Origin: Octopus sinensis | Taxonomy: Eukaryota | Length of the DNA: 64,000 bases | Assembly: GCF_006345805.1 (NCBI RefSeq) | Contig: NC_043007.1 | Span: 67,394,001-67,458,000 of the forward strand | Direction of reading: 5' to 3' | Shown here: one piece after another, positions 1-14,923 of the stretch | How the letters are laid out: each line of letters begins with the position of its first letter | Numbering within the stretch: position 1 is the stretch's first letter | Translations under genes and position numbers: made by a program | Notes under the pieces: model-generated | What the model was told of the DNA's origin: nothing | Databases searched by the model: none | The model's input: the letters and a program-made list of their open reading frames with translations, nothing else

Positions 1-802
1 AACCTGCCCTGTGTGTGTGTGTGTGTGCATGCGCATTTGTCTTGATATGATCTGATTTTTTTTTTTAAGAGCATCATTGTCATACAAGCTATGTTATTCA
101 TGCCCAATCTTCTAGAGGGAAATGTTTTCTAGCTTGGAAGGAGGTAATGGTTGTTGACAGGAAAGGTATCAGGCCATAGAAAATCTGCTTCAATGAATTC
201 TGTGTGACCTATACAAATTTGAAAAGTGGACATTAAACACACATACAAAGGAGTGCTGTAGAGTTTCTGGCTTTAAGGGCATTGCAAAAGGCCTGGTTGG
301 AGGCTCAACCTTCCATGTCCTTTTACAGGGCTTAGAAAAACTGAAGGACCACTGCAATAAGTGGGTGAATCTGAATGAAATTTGAATGAAATCGTAATTA
401 ATTGATCTCCTGTATTTTCTTTTATCCAAAGCCAGGAACTTTTTAGCACCCTCTTCTATATTATATGTGTGTGTAGTCTTGGGTTCAATCTCACTGCACG
501 GCACCTTGGGCAATTATCTTCTATAGCCCCAAGCCAATCAGAGTTTATTGGGATGAAACTGTAAGCCATTTAATTTGGTGCCCTCAAAGTAGTGTATAGC
601 TTAACTTTTGTAGATTCCTGCTTTGAAGAGGTAGAATGTTTTATATCAGAATACAAAGCTACCTTGTGTCTGGAGTGGAGAGAAAGGAAGAAGGTACAAT
701 TTATGGGTTGTTACAATAAAAAAAAATAGTACATCAAGATATTGAATTATTCTCAGGCTGAAGCTCCTGTACAAATGATGACAGAAAAGTGAATTCCACT
801 TC

Positions 803-901
803 AAAGTATCCTTGGATTAGGTGGCAGTGTTAAAGGTATCCTTGAAACAGGTGGCAGTGTTAAATGTACCCTTGGATTATGAATCGAGGTGGCAATGTTA
901 A
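803..901. repeat. Short diverged tandem repeat (~30 bp x3)
   Basis: Three copies of a unit resembling gtatccttggattaggtggcagtgttaaa. Confidence 0.7.
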
Positions 902-3900
902 AATAGGTAACAGATTGTGTCCATAACTCAACAACATGTACATTCCAATGAGCTTCCACACAGTTTCTAGTCACCCAAAGTTCACTTGCAAGGTTTGGTT
1001 GACTCTAGGCTATACAAGACATTTGCCTAAGATAGTGCACAATAGGCCTGAACCTGGGACAACAGGATAGCAAAACAAGACTTCTTAACCATGCAACAAT
1101 GCTTGCACTAGTGGTTTCATAAAAGTGGGTTAGAAATTCGTTGTTAATGTCTGTGATAATCTTATAGACATCTATTTAACATAATTTGGATCTTTCATGA
1201 GCTGATTAATGTATTGTTAGTATCAGAGATAATACCTTGCAGTATTTGGTTACGGACCTTTACAGTCTTAAGTTCAAATCCTGTTTGTCTTTTAATCTTT
1301 CCAGAATCAGAAAAATAAAGTACTAACCAAGTTGTGAGGTTGATTTAACCAATGATAGCCTCTCCCAAAATATGTGTCCCTCTGCCACTGTTAGTATGTT
1401 ATTTACAAGACATTGATTAGTTTAGTGTAGTACAAGACGCTTATTCCACTGGTAAAAGCATCTTCTATAGCTTTGAGTTGATCAATACCTTAGAAGGCAA
1501 ATTGGATAGATGGATAACCGTATGGAAGCTTGTCATATATATATATGTTTGTTTTTATGTTCAGTTATAATAAAAACAATTTTACATTAATCTGTAGGTT
1601 ACCCTATATTTTTGTAGAGTACAAATTTATTATTCTTAAACAAGAATGTTGTTGACAGTGACTTCAAAGTTTCAGCCAGCTAAGCCATTATCTGACTGAA
1701 ATACATTAGTCTTGCCTTTATATAGTCTCTGTTGAGTTAAAACCATCTGTATGTGTGTGAGCTTGAGTGGGGTGGTAATTAGGTTTTTTATGATTGGTTG
1801 TTAAGGAAAGGTGTTTTGAAAAAAATTTTAATTGATTAAATTTTGGGATTATGTTTTGGGAGTGAAATTGGGTAGTTGGATAACTGAATGGAAGAGGTTT
1901 ATTTCTCTCTCTCTCTCTCACAACAAACCTCCATAAAGGTTATCCATTTACCCAATTTCACTCCTGAAACATGTTTTCTCCACACTGACACCTCTTACAC
2001 ATCAGTGGCATTAATTGACCCACATAAACAAATATAAAAAACCAAAAGTTTGGCAGTGTGATATGTGTGTCTTCTTCACATTGAACTTGTATTCATTACT
2101 TTCATTTTCTTTCTTCTACCTAACTTTCTGAAGAACATAACTTAAACTTAAAATGTCTTTGACATTTCAAGCTTTTCTTAACCCCTTTCTTGCCATATTT
2201 CTTAAGGCATATACCATGTCTTCCAGTTAATCAAGAATTGGGAGAGATTTAGTTGAATAACTTTTTCATTGTGAAGTTGATGTTTGGAACATAAACAGTT
2301 TTTAAATGAACAATTATATAATGGATGGTTTATTTTTATATGGGGGTTAGTTTCAAAAGAATTTATCTCGTTGAGCTCCAACACTCTTGTTACCATGTTT
2401 CTGTTGAAATATACTGCCATTGTTTCAATAAATTTTGAAAATAATAAGAATTTTTTAATAAAATAACTTTGTCCTTAAGATGGTGCTGGGACTTGTTATA
2501 GAAGGTTATAATTTAGGTCACTCTAAAACAAGAAGTTCGTATTGTAGGATGGGTATCAAAAAAGTTGAACTAATGTCTCTTGGTTTTGCTTTGTATTCTG
2601 TGCTGTTATTCTTGTCATTATTTTGACCACACTATGATTTTTTGTTTCTTATGCAGGATTTCATTGTTCTTAAACACTACAGTAGTCCTGTGAAACAGTT
2701 TGCATGAACTTTTAAGAATCTTTAACTGTTTTTTTACTATATTTCTGTAGAATTATACTACCTCTATTCCAATAATTCTGAAAACTATACTGTATTTTAG
2801 TAAATTAACTTTGTCATAATTGATCTGATGTTTGGAACATAAACATAAAAATTTTGATGGTTTGAATTTAGATCACTTTGAAAACAAGAGGCTTGTATCA
2901 TAGAACTTGTGATGGTCTCAGACAGGTTAATATGAAAAGAACTAAACTCATCAGCAATTGTAGGCTTTGAGTTAAAGTCTGTCTCTGAGTTTTCTGTTAG
3001 CTTTATATTTGCTGCTGCTTTAGTCTTCCTTAGTTCCTCTTATGTGGGTTTTTTTTATTATCTATGACAACTTAATTCTATTGTGGGATAGCTTTGCTAT
3101 TGTGTTGATTTTTTTCCCCCCTCTCTTGTCAAAACTTGTGTATATTTTTACCATTTTCTCGTGTTAATATCTTCTGCCCACTGCCAGACTTCAAACAACT
3201 TCCCCAGTTTTTTTTAAATTTTATTTTTATTTTGTCAATGCTACAAAGGCTGTAAAATAAACTTTAAAAATACACCAAACTCGTGAATAAGATGTTATCA
3301 AGGTTTTAAAAACATTCGTTTGCTTGTTTTACTTGCTGAACTTCCTTGTATTGTCTAAAATTGTATTTGTGAAATAATTAAATGGTTAAGAATATGCATA
3401 AAGGCATTTAAACCAATGGGAGGTGTTTTCATTTAGTTGTCTTAATTGTAATGTAATAAGTAACCTATAATTAAGAGATACCCATGCTTAAATGGTGATA
3501 GAATAATTGGTGAATTTATTGAAAAATAGTTGAAAGTCTGAATTTTCTCTATCCTATAATGTAACTTATGATATATATTCATATGTTATTAAACAAATTA
3601 CTGCAGTAGTAGTCTAAAATCTCATTGAACAATATCTATGAAATACTAATTAGCTGTCGCATAATGCTTATTATATACTAATTCTTTATAATATTGATTC
3701 GTTTTCAGTGGGTGTTTCTTTTTTTAAGGATTATCACAGGTGTTGACATTGAGCTTGTGTCTCATCCATATATATGTGTGTATGTATTTCATTGGATACA
3801 CAAAATCTGTTCATGTTTTATCCTTTTTATTTTAGATTTTTTTGTATTTTCTAATTAGTGTTTTTTACAGCTGATTTGGAGTGATAAAGTTACAAAATTC

Positions 3901-3902
3901 AT

Positions 3903-4066
3903 AGGCGCAGGAGTGGCTGTGTGGTAAGTAGCTTGCTAACCAACCACATGGTTCCAGGTTCAGTCCCACTGCGTGGCACCTTGGGCAAGTGTCTTCTACT
4001 ATAGCCTCAAGCTGACCAAAGCCTTGTGAGTGGATTTGGTAGATGGAAACTGAAAGAAGCCCATCG

Positions 4067-4098
<32 letters not shown>

Positions 4099-4292
4099 AC
4101 CCAACATCGCTTGACAACCGATGCTGGTGTATTTATGTCCTCATAACTTAGTGGTTCGGCATAAGAGACCGATAGAATAAGTACTAGGCTTACAAACAAT
4201 AAGTCCTAGGGTCAATTTGCTCGACTAAAGGTGGTGCTCCAGCATGGCCACGGGCAAAATGACTGAAACAAAAAAAAAAAATAAAAGAATAA
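3903..4292 (+). mobile_element. tRNA-derived SINE (A/B-box head, internal TA/TG microsatellite, A-rich tail)
   Basis: Head gcaggagtggctgtgtggtaag (A-box like) and ggttcagtccc (B-box like), core ccttgggcaagtgtctt, A tail; many related copies across the window. Confidence 0.8.
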
Positions 4293-5607
4293 AAACATTT
4301 CCTGACCATGAAAGTCTCATTTTCAAGAATTGAATATGTTTGGGCTGTGTGTTGTTTCTTGTATCCTGTTTGAATTTATGTAGACTTTACAACCCAAGGT
4401 TTTTTTTCCTACCATTAACTCCATACATCAGCAGTTATATGCATGTTGATTTGTTTGTAGTGGTTAAGTTTTTATGTTAATAGCTACATATTAATTTTTC
4501 ATATTGTTTTAGCTTTTTACAGTTGGTTTTGGAACAATAAATTCCTAAATTCATATCTCCAGAATTTCGGTTTCATTTTCAAGAATTGGTGACTGTGTTG
4601 TTTCTATATACTTGTTGAGCTCATGTAGACTTTCCTACTAAAGGTTTTTTAACCATTGACTTTATTATATATGTTGACATATGAAATTAAATGAGTCTGT
4701 GAAATTGTTATTTCTAGTTTTCTGAGACAGAAGGGACAATGTTCAATATATTGTTAGGTTCTTTGAGCCATCTGGGTAAAGTTAGTGAGTGACATTGTTT
4801 TGAAATTGCTACAGATTTGTTTCTAGAAGGATAATGCTATTTTGTAGAAAAAGCATGTATGGTTAATTTTTTGTGTGTGACTTTTGGAAAGAAAGACTAG
4901 TATAGGGGGTAAGAGAAATAAAAGCAAGTTTGTTATTTTTAAGTTCTACTTGGCCATCTAAACAAAATGTAGTTTGCAATATGATAGTAATCTATACTCA
5001 CTGTTATATGGTATCTTAGTCATTGTCCTACCCAATCAATCACATGTTAATACAATATGGAAATTAATCCCAGGTCAGACAAAATCACAATATATTACTC
5101 GTATAGTTGCTCTTCATTCCTAATCTTTTGATTGATCGCCATACGTTCAGTCAATGTTGACCAGGGTTATCCAACAGTAATTAGCTCAGTGTAGCTTTTC
5201 ACATTGATTTCTATTTGCGAGTGACTGAGGACATCATTTGTGTTTGTGATCTGTGTGTTGCCATACATGCATGCATTGTTAGCATTTGTTTTGTCCAATC
5301 CAATAAGAGAAACACTGCACTGAGGATGGGATTATATTTTTCATCTTCACTATTTACTTTAGATAGATTTTCGAGGGCAAATTGATATCTTAGCTACACA
5401 TATTTTTATTGGCAGATTGATGGATGAATTTCATGAAAAGATATATTGATATGACTGTAGGCATGATGTCTTAAGTTGTTTGCCTTGTGTGGTTTCAGGT
5501 TCATTCCTGTGTATAGTATTCCAGGCAGTTGTTTTTTATTGCCTCAAGTTGGCTATCTGTGAATGGAATTGGAAGATAGAAACTATAGCAAGTTCTGTAT
5601 TTTATAT

Positions 5608-5832
5608 ATTCTTTTACTTGTTTGTCATTTGATTGCAGCCATGCTGGAGCATTACCTTGAATTGCTTTTGTCAAACAATTTGACCCCCAAGACTTATTTT
5701 TTAAGCCTAGTACTTGTTCTGTTGGTCTCTTTGCTGAACCACTAAGTTATGGGAACGTAAACACACCAACAATGATTGTCAAGCGATGATGGTGGGGACA
5801 AATACAGACACAAAGACACACATAGATACAAA

Positions 5833-5865
<33 letters not shown>

Positions 5866-6019
5866 GAGCTTCTTTCAGTTTCCATCTTTCAAATTCACTC
5901 ACAAGGCTTTCCTCAGCTCAAGGCTATAGTAGAAGACACTTACCCTAGGTGCCATGCAGTGAGACTGAATCCAGAACCATGTGGTTGGGAAGCAAGCTTC
6001 TTGCCACACAGCCACGCCT
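5608..6019 (-). mobile_element. SINE, same family as 3903-4292, opposite orientation
   Basis: Reverse complement matches head (cacagccacgcc), core and tail (gcagccatgctggagca) of the 3903 copy. Confidence 0.75.
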
Positions 6020-6020
6020 T

Positions 6021-6091
<71 letters not shown>

Positions 6092-6576
6092 AATAAAAAT
6101 GCAATAGAGCACAATAAAACATTTGGGCAGATAGACTATAAAAGGCAGACAAGAGAAACAGCAATTAGGACAGGCAAAAAAAGACGGGTCATTCGTGGCC
6201 TTCTTTCCTTGGTCAAGTCCCAGAAGTCACGACCGTTTCAAGCAGTTACACTTGATGGTTCGATCTGGTTGCTCCCCAAAAAATCTAAGCTAAGAGCATT
6301 AGACCCCTTTGTAAGGAAGATAGTGAATGTGTATGGCAATATATATATTAAATGTAGCTTGGTACTGTGTGGACTGAGATTCTCATTGATAGACCACTGG
6401 TACATGTAATCATGGCTACTTACATTGTTTTAATTTGGATGGTCACAATTTTGATGTGACATAGGTGTTGTGATTAGCATGGCTGCATGGTTCACAGGAA
6501 ATGCAGCGTTCAGATCCTGCTAGTGATGTCAAATATTTTTTCTACCTTATATGTGTGTGTGTGTATATATAAATCG

Positions 6577-6970
6577 GTGCAAGCGTGCCTGTGCAGTAAG
6601 AAGCTTGCTTCCAAACCATATGGTTCTGGGTTCATTCCTGTTGTATGGCACCTTGGGCAAGTGTCTTCTTCTATAACCTTGGGCCAACCAAAGCCTTGTG
6701 AGTGGATTTGGTAGACAGAGACTGAAAGAAGTCCATCGTATGTATTTATCTATGTGTGTGTGTCTTTGTGCCTGTTTTTGTCCCTCACCACTGCTTGACA
6801 ACCAATGTTGGTGTATTTCCAGCCCTGTAACTCAGTGATTTGTCAAAAAGAGGCTGATAGAATAAGTACTAGGTTTTAAAAAGTAAGTCCTGGGGTTGAT
6901 TTGTTTGACTAAAACCCTTCAAGGCAGTCCCTCTGCATGGCTACAGTCAAATGACTGAAACAAATATAAG
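6577..6970 (+). mobile_element. SINE, same family as 3903-4292
   Basis: ggcaccttgggcaagtgtcttct core and gatagaataagtactagg...atgactgaaac tail. Confidence 0.75.
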
Positions 6971-7285
6971 CTATATATAATACTGTGCCATGATACTGTG
7001 TGAACTGAGGTGACTTATTTCTGTGGCGGAATATTTTACATTATTAGGAGTGGTTGATTAAGAAAATCATTAGAGCATCAGACAGAGCCCTGTGGTATTT
7101 GTTTTGTAACTTTGCATTCTGAGTTCAGATTCTGCTGAGGTTAGCTTTGTCTATCATCCTTTTGGAGTTGATAAATTAAATTATGTACCAGTGGAACACT
7201 GGAGTCAGTGTAATCAACTAGCCCTCTCCCAATTTCAGGCCTTGTACCTATAGTAGAATTAATAATTATTATTATTACTATTGTC

Positions 7286-7520
7286 AAGGCAGCAAGCTGG
7301 CAGAATCATTAGTATGCCAAGCAAAATGCTTCGTGGCATTTTGTCTGTCCTTATGTTCTGAGTTCAAATTCTGCCAAGCTTGACTTCGCCTTTCATCCTT
7401 TCGAGGTCGATAAATTATGTACTAGGGAAACACTGGGGCCAATGTAATCGACTAGTTTCCTCCCCCAAAATTTCAGGCCTTGTGCTTTTAGTAGAAAGGA
7501 TTATTATTATTATTATATTG
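7286..7520 (+). mobile_element. Second SINE-like family ending in (TTA)n
   Basis: ggcagcaagctggcagaatc...ttctgagttcaaattctg...caggccttgtgc...(tta)n; many dispersed copies. Confidence 0.7.
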
Positions 7521-8344
7521 GTGGAGTGGTAGACAATGTATTGTCAAACTAAATACCTAAAGTATTTCCGGTTCTCTGTGTTCTGAGTTGAAATCTTGCT
7601 GAAGTTGATTTTGTCTTCATTCTTTCAGGTTGATAAAATACTAGCCAGATACAGAGTTGATTTGCTATGCTGTTCTTCCAAATAAATCTTTGGACTTGTC
7701 ATTCCAAGAAATCTGAATTATTCTTTCATATTTGTTCTTAAATGTTTGATGAAAAAGACAGGATAATGTTTGAAAATGTGGGTATCGTATATTGTAAGCA
7801 CAATTGTTTTGTGGGTGGATGTCCTAGAAAACTGTTGATCATCCAACTACATAACTAGGATCTCAATTTGTTCGTACAATATGCTGAGGTGGATAGAGTT
7901 GTGTTTCAAACAGACATATCCCGATGGCTGTAGAAGTTTGAACTTGTGACCATGTTATTACTTGTCCAATATGTTAACCATAAAAGAATTATTTGACAAA
8001 AAGTTACTGGAAAAACGATATATAAGGATTTGCATTGGGACTCCCTTCATCGAAAACCGGTGATTGCCGTACGCTGAAGACAGGAAAATACCTAGAAACT
8101 GCAGTCCGTGCGTATCACTTAGGTTGACGAGGGAGGGATGACCTCCCTTTGCAAATACCATAAGGGCACAGAAAGTGTGCCTAAAGCCAGCTGGAGACGA
8201 TGTTCTCCTGGGGCTACTAGCTACAGTAACACCCACCCTTAGTGGTTAGCCATATTGAGATGGTTAGTATACGTTAAATTATTTCTAGTACTTTTGATGA
8301 AATGAGAAGTGTATGCTCACTAATTTAACATCTTTCTTTTGCAG

Positions 8345-8446
8345 CCTAAACTTTATAAGACAGTTGTGGATGATGTAATAACCAGTGTACGGGAAGCCTT
8401 TTTGGATGAAGGTGTCGATGAACAGATTTTGCAAGAATTACGACAG
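8345..8446 (+). CDS. GTF2A1: TFIIA large subunit, first coding exon seen (PKLYKTVVDDVITSVREAFLDEGVDEQILQELRQ)
   Basis: ttttgcag acceptor and gtatta donor; 102 nt, phase 0-0; matches the TFIIA alpha N-terminal helices. ATG exon not found in the window. Confidence 0.95.
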
Positions 8447-10218
8447 GTATTAGTCACATTTTTAGAGTTTCTTTTTTATCTTTATTTATCCCATAAATTA
8501 TTTCAGTATCTTTTATGGTGGGTACATGGCAGAATCAGTAGAGCACCCAACAAAATACATTGTTGTATTTGGTTACATTCTGTATCATCTTTCCAAGACA
8601 AATGCCTGTTAATAAAATACTGGGCTGAATGTAATCAACTGTACCTTAGAAGGTAGTCTACTAACTGAAACTGATAAAAAAAAGTTTATAAAATAGAAGA
8701 AAGTCATTTACTTCACTTAATTTTGTTCATAATCTTGAAAAAAAAAAAAAAGAAACACATGCCCTTCTATTGAAAACTTTTGCATCATCTCTCCCATCTG
8801 AACATAGATAATTTGATAATATGCTGTTTCCTGTTACAGCAACCCATGAGTTGTGGTTTCTTTCTTCCTTTGACCCCCCACCCACCCCCCCAACCCAGAA
8901 GAACCTGTAAAAGTCATACTTATTGCCCTTCTTCCTCTCATTAAGACATAATAATAATAATAATAACAAAAATATTGTTCTGATATGTCAAGAAGTCACT
9001 GTTATCCTGCACTCTGAATTCACTACAATCCATGTTAATCATTTGTTTATTTAATGTCCATTTTCCCATGCTAGCATGATTGGGAAAGGAATTGATTTGA
9101 GGCAGGATTTTACAACCAAAATCTTTTCCTGTCGCTAACTCTCACCTATTTTCAAGTTAGGAATTTTTTTTATTCTACAGGCCTTCAAAAGTGTTGAGTA
9201 ATTAGTCATAATATCAACAAGGAATATAAACATCTCTGCTATTTGCTTAAACAGTGACAAGCAAAATATCAACATTCATGCACACTTGCATGCCCACAGT
9301 TCCCATCTTTCAAATACACTAGCAAGGTATTGGTTGCCCAGGGCAAGAGTAAAAGACATTTGTCCAAAGTTCCTCAAAGGGGGACTGAGCCAGAAACCAA
9401 GTGGTTGTGAAGCACATTTATTAGCCACATAATCATGCTTGTGTCTGTATTCTCCAGAAGTCTTCACCCCTATCACTTTTATGCTACCTTCTATTCCTTA
9501 TCATTTTTATTCACATTTTGTTTGAGAGGGTTGACATTGTTTGCAACCAAAAAATCTTATACTGACCTCACTCAGACACACACACATGTGCATACAATTT
9601 TGAACTAATGGACTGTGGACTGGCTTCAAAGTTTTACTTGGAAGGACCAGTTTTTGGTGATTAAGCACAAAGTATTTGATAAATAACGCTGGAGTCCTTT
9701 ATATTAGTTAAGCACCAGAAGTGTTTGTCCAGAAAATATTCGATTATTCCACCTGTATTTGCAATTTATTTTTGAATGTCTGTAACGACCATGTTTTGTC
9801 TTGCTGACTGGCATATCCAGCTTGTTTCCATGGTAATCACAAGAATGTGTCTTTATCATAGTGTTACCTATTCCAATGGTTGAGTACCAAAAGCATTCTA
9901 GTTAGGGAGCTGACATTTAATACACATTAATTCATTTGTCATGGCATCACTTGAGTGATGTCTGGGTAGCTCTCCTTATTGTCACACCTGATATTTTTGA
10001 TTTGATGACCTATTATCATCACTTAATGTCCGTTGTCCAGCTGGTTGGACTATATACATGGTTATGTTAAACAAGTTATAGTATGGTAGTTGGTGGATGA
10101 GGATAATCAATTTGTGTTCCAACTACTTTCCATCATTTTGTACAGATTTTTGTTTTGAATGTTTGTTTCACTATAAGCCTGTAGAGATATGTTAGAATTC
10201 TAATTTATTTATTTCTAG

Positions 10219-10336
10219 TCCTGGGAAAATAAAATGATCCAATCAAAAGCTGTGGGTTCAGTAACAGAAGAACATGTTTTATCCAGTCCTTATGCTGTGG
10301 CAACACAATCACAGACAATTGCTGGAAAACAGAAAG
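10219..10336 (+). CDS. GTF2A1: TFIIA large subunit exon (SWENKMIQSKAVGSV...GKQK)
   Basis: ttctag acceptor and gtattt donor; WENK..QSKA matches the conserved LWENKLMQSRA; phase 0-1. Confidence 0.92.
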
Positions 10337-13300
10337 GTATTTTGATTTTCCTTGTTTTCTTTTCTAAAACATACTAAATTTTCATTTTTCTCTTTTTTAT
10401 TCTTTTATCATAATCACTGATTATTTCAAGATAAGGCAGTGTATAAAATAACTTTTATTGTATCAGTCATGTTGTGCCCATTGTGTTTAGCTTTGATAAG
10501 GTCATTTTGACAATGTTTGTGTGTATGTATGAATGAATGGTTTGTACACACAGATGCTCTTGCTAATGTGGTCAGCTAGGAATCTGAGGTACATTGAGTT
10601 ATATGCTTTGCCTAGCAACACAACACAGTGAATGCATTAAGATTTAAATTAAATTAATGACCTTAACCCTTTTACTATTAACCCCAACCTAAGATTGCCC
10701 CTGAGGCACAAACTTTGTTTTAAATTGATCTTAATTAAAACCTTTCATTAAAATTTCATGTTAATTTATGTTCCAAACAGTAGCTTAATCATGACAAAAC
10801 TAATTTACTGAATTCTTCATTATTTTCAAAATGAATTGAAACAAAGGCAGTGCATTTAAATAGAAATATAGTAACAAAATGACATCACAGCTATTGGACC
10901 TCTTAAAAATATTGAGAATTGATATTGTATTAGTAATGTATTTTACTATGCAACTCTGAAGCTTGATGGTGACTTCATCATCCTATAACATCTGTTTTCC
11001 ATGCTGGCATTAACTTGTTGAAAAGAAAAAAAAAAATGGTCGAAAAATTAAATTATTCATTCCTAAGCAATTCTTTCCAGCAGAATGGAGTTACGGTCAA
11101 ACAGTCAACCACCAGGGAAAATCTCTAATGTTAAGTCAATATATTTCAAAAGCAATTCTTTTATTATTGGTTTCACTTTTTGGATTGCAGCCATGCTGCG
11201 ACTCTTGTCTTCAAGAGTTTAATCAATTATGTTATTTAACTAAATACATCATCGTCATCATCATTTAACATCTGCTTTCCATGCTGGCATGGGTTGGACT
11301 GTTTTGACATGGAGCTGACTAGCTGGGAGCTGTCCAGACTCCAATTGTCTGTTGTGGCATGGTTTCTACTGCTGGATGCCCTTCCTAATGCCAACCACTT
11401 AATGGAGTGTGCTGGGTACTTTTGATGAGCTTCTGCCTTCAAAACTTCATCCACAAGACTTTCGTCAATTTGCAGTTGTTGTAGAAAAAATTTGTCTAAA
11501 GCGTTATGCTGTGTGATATTGAACCTAAAAGCAGATGGTTCTGAAGTGAACAGTATAACTACATAGTCATGCTTGTGTGTCCATTATTATTAAAGAAATG
11601 TTTCACGTAGGTTTAAATAATTACAAAACTGAGTTATCAGGTGAAGTTCTTTTTGAAGTATGCCTTGAGCTCAAAATGAAATTAAAGCTGAAGGAGTGCA
11701 GTTTGTGGAAGCAAATGAAATTCATATAGAATCACGGGCTATTAAATGAGCTTCAGAAAGATTTGATCTGTTATTATCTGGTAGTGACATTTAATTATAA
11801 ATCTTGTATTTAATTACTGAATGGAACTAGAATGTTTCCATAACTACAAGCTGCAGATCAGGCATTAAGAAATATCACTTACTGTCGATGGAAGATATAA
11901 TTAAAAGCTATGATTTTATTATATACATCCTGCTGAAGACTGTTGAAGGAACAATGAATTTAACAATAGAACACATTTGTTGCTTGACTTACCAGATTGA
12001 GTCATATTAACCACACAAGTGCAGGAGTGGTTGTGCGTTTAAGATGTTTGCTTTCCAACCACATGGTTTTGGGTTCAACTCCACTGTCACACTTGGACAT
12101 GTATCACTTATAGCTCCCAGACTGTCCAAAGCCTTGTGAGTAGATTTGGTAGACAGAAACTGAAAGGCCTCATCTGTGTGTGTTGGTATCTCCTTGTCTT
12201 GACATTAGATCATCATCATTATCATCATTTAGTGTCTACTTTCCATGCTGGCATGGGTTAGATGGTTTGACTGGATGCTCTTTCTAATGCCAACCATTTA
12301 CATGACACTGACAACGACCACGACTATGGTTTCACTTGTCTTCTTCAGTATTCTGTGAAACCTATCTGGCTATGAGGAAATAGTACTTAACTTGGAAATA
12401 AGTGAGAGTTGGCAACAGGAAAGGCATCCAGTCATTGAAAGTCTGCCTAATTATGTCCAACCCATGGAAATTTGGACATTAAAATGATAACGATGATGAT
12501 TTCTGTTATTAAAAAAGCAAACTGTCTCCATTAACATTTGCTTTAATCAAAATAATTTTTTTTAGTCTAAAAAGAAGTATACAGCTATGAATTATAAAAC
12601 TGTGGCATTCCATGGTTGGTAGAGTGGCAAGTTGTAATATTGATATATACTTGTTTCACCTTACTTAATCAGTGTGGAGCTATGGTTGGTCACAATAATA
12701 ATGCCAGCAACAACAGTTTTAGGGTTGTACAATACAAACAAGATGGTGATATTTTTTTCAACTTAACATTGCCATTAGAACAGCAGAAATAACTGGTAAA
12801 TTACCCTTACAAGGTGGAAAAGTTATCCATAAATTGTTGACAATTTTTTTCTGCTTTGTAAGGATAATTTACTCGTTATGTTGTAATTCTTTTTATACCG
12901 ATCCACCTGAGACTGCTGCTTGGTTTATAATACAAACTTCCCCTTTTTAATGTGTTTTGAATTAAAACCTTCCATCAAAATTTCGAGTTAAATCATGTTC
13001 CAAACAGATGCTTAACAATGTCATTTATTTTATTGAATTTTTCATTATTTTCAAAATTCATTGAAATGAAGGTAGTGTATATTTAATAGAAATTTGGTAA
13101 TAAGGTTAATACATTACGCATTACTTCAGCCATGTTTGTTCTCTACCTGTCTATATCTATATGTACATGTATTAGTTGTGTAACCCAAGGTTAGTTAACC
13201 TTAATTGAGCTGACCTATGACCCAAAGTGTTTTATCCCTGACCACTTTTTCAAATATTTTGTATCTTGAACTACATTACTCAATCTGTCCTATTTTTAAG

Positions 13301-14861
13301 ATGGTAGTGTGACATGTGGGAGATTTGATTGCTGTTTCTAGCAGGTCTTCCTTGTCTTAATCAAGACACGATAGCAGGGCTCTCCTCTCTCTCTTCCCTC
13401 TCTTATATATAATCATGTAATTGAAAGGTTTCTGGATTGCATATGCTATGATTGCACTATTCAACAACAATGCATGTGCAGCCAGTGATCATAGATAACC
13501 AACCTACAGAGTCACCCATAAATACACTTCATGCTATCTAATTGTTCAGTTATTACACAAGGTTTTGTAGCATCGTGTTGCAGCAGCTCTGATTTTCCAG
13601 TTGCTGACAAATTTGATTAACATGACAACATCAAATTTTGTATGAAGCTCAAAACCCTGACAGTAATTGGTCAGGCTTTTAAGTTGCACATGTATTTTAA
13701 GCTGATCAGGTGTCAGTTCAGGGTTACCAGTTTCTAACAAAACCTCCCAAAATATGGAAAAAAATTGTGAATTCATCTGTGAGGACCATGACTGAACAAT
13801 CTATCAGTTCACTAAGTTGTGAAGTCTGTTAGGGGATTCTTGTTGTGAATTCTGTCTTTGGCTCTCGACATTTAGTTATAATGAGTGACATTTTGAAGTA
13901 TGCCTTGAGCACAAAATGAAATTGAAGCTGAGGGAGTGCAGTTTGTGGAAGCAAATGAAATTCATATAGAATCACAGGGGCTATTAAATGAGCTTCAGAA
14001 AGATTTCCGCAGTGCCTTTAAGTTCCAGAAAATGCTCTAGGGGACTATTTCAAAGGGAATGGTGCCAGAATATAATGACATTGTTTATTGAAGTACTGAT
14101 ATATCTTTAATATATACCATTATGTGTGTGTGTAACCTTACTAGTGCACACTGAAGAGTGGTTGGTGTTAGGAAGAGCATCTAGCCATAGAAACCCTGCC
14201 AAAGCAGACAATGGAACATAATGCAAGTCCTTGGACTCATCGGATCCTGTCAAACCATCCAGTATGGGACATGGCTGTTAGAGGCTGCTGCTGATATATA
14301 AGGTGCAAGCATGGTGAATGGGAAATTTACTCCCCAACCTCATGGTTTTGGGTTTAGTTGCCCATTACATGAACCTTGAACAAGTGTCTTCTGTTATAGT
14401 CCAAGGCTGAGGAAAGCCTTTTGAGTAGATTTGGTAGATGGAAATTGAAAGAAATCCATCATGTGTGTGCTGGTGTCTTCCTGTCTTGACATAGTGTTAT
14501 AGTTGTAAATGAACGTCCTTGTCATAAAGGTGTTGTTCATTTCCAGTATTCTGCAAAAATGTCTGGCCATGGGAAATATTAACTTGTTTGAAAATGGGTG
14601 AGAATTGGTGACAGGAAAAGTATCTGGCCTTAAAAAAAATCTGCCTCAATAAACTCATCCAACCCATGCAAGCATGGAGAAGTGGATATTGAAAAAAATG
14701 AAGATATGTATGTGTGTGTGATGGAATATGAATGGTCATGATTTAAAGTACCAATTGTCATTTTTTACCCTCTCAAATCATTAATTTACTTTGGTTATGC
14801 AATAAATAGTTATGTAATCAAACCTACCCCAAAATGATTTTAAATATTTTTGTCATTGCAG

Positions 14862-14923
14862 TAATGTCAAATCAGTTAACTCAAGCAATATCAGTCCCAA
14901 TTCAAATATCTCGTCCAGAATTG
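14862..14923 (+). CDS. GTF2A1: TFIIA large subunit exon, variable region (VMSNQLTQAISVPIQISRPEL)
   Basis: ttgcag acceptor and gtaggt donor; 62 nt, phase 1-0, bridges the neighbouring exons in frame. Confidence 0.7.

Noticed and set aside
4319-4665. Diverged ~100-bp direct repeat in the TFIIA upstream intron
   Set aside because: No conserved boxes, stems or splice signals shared by the two copies.
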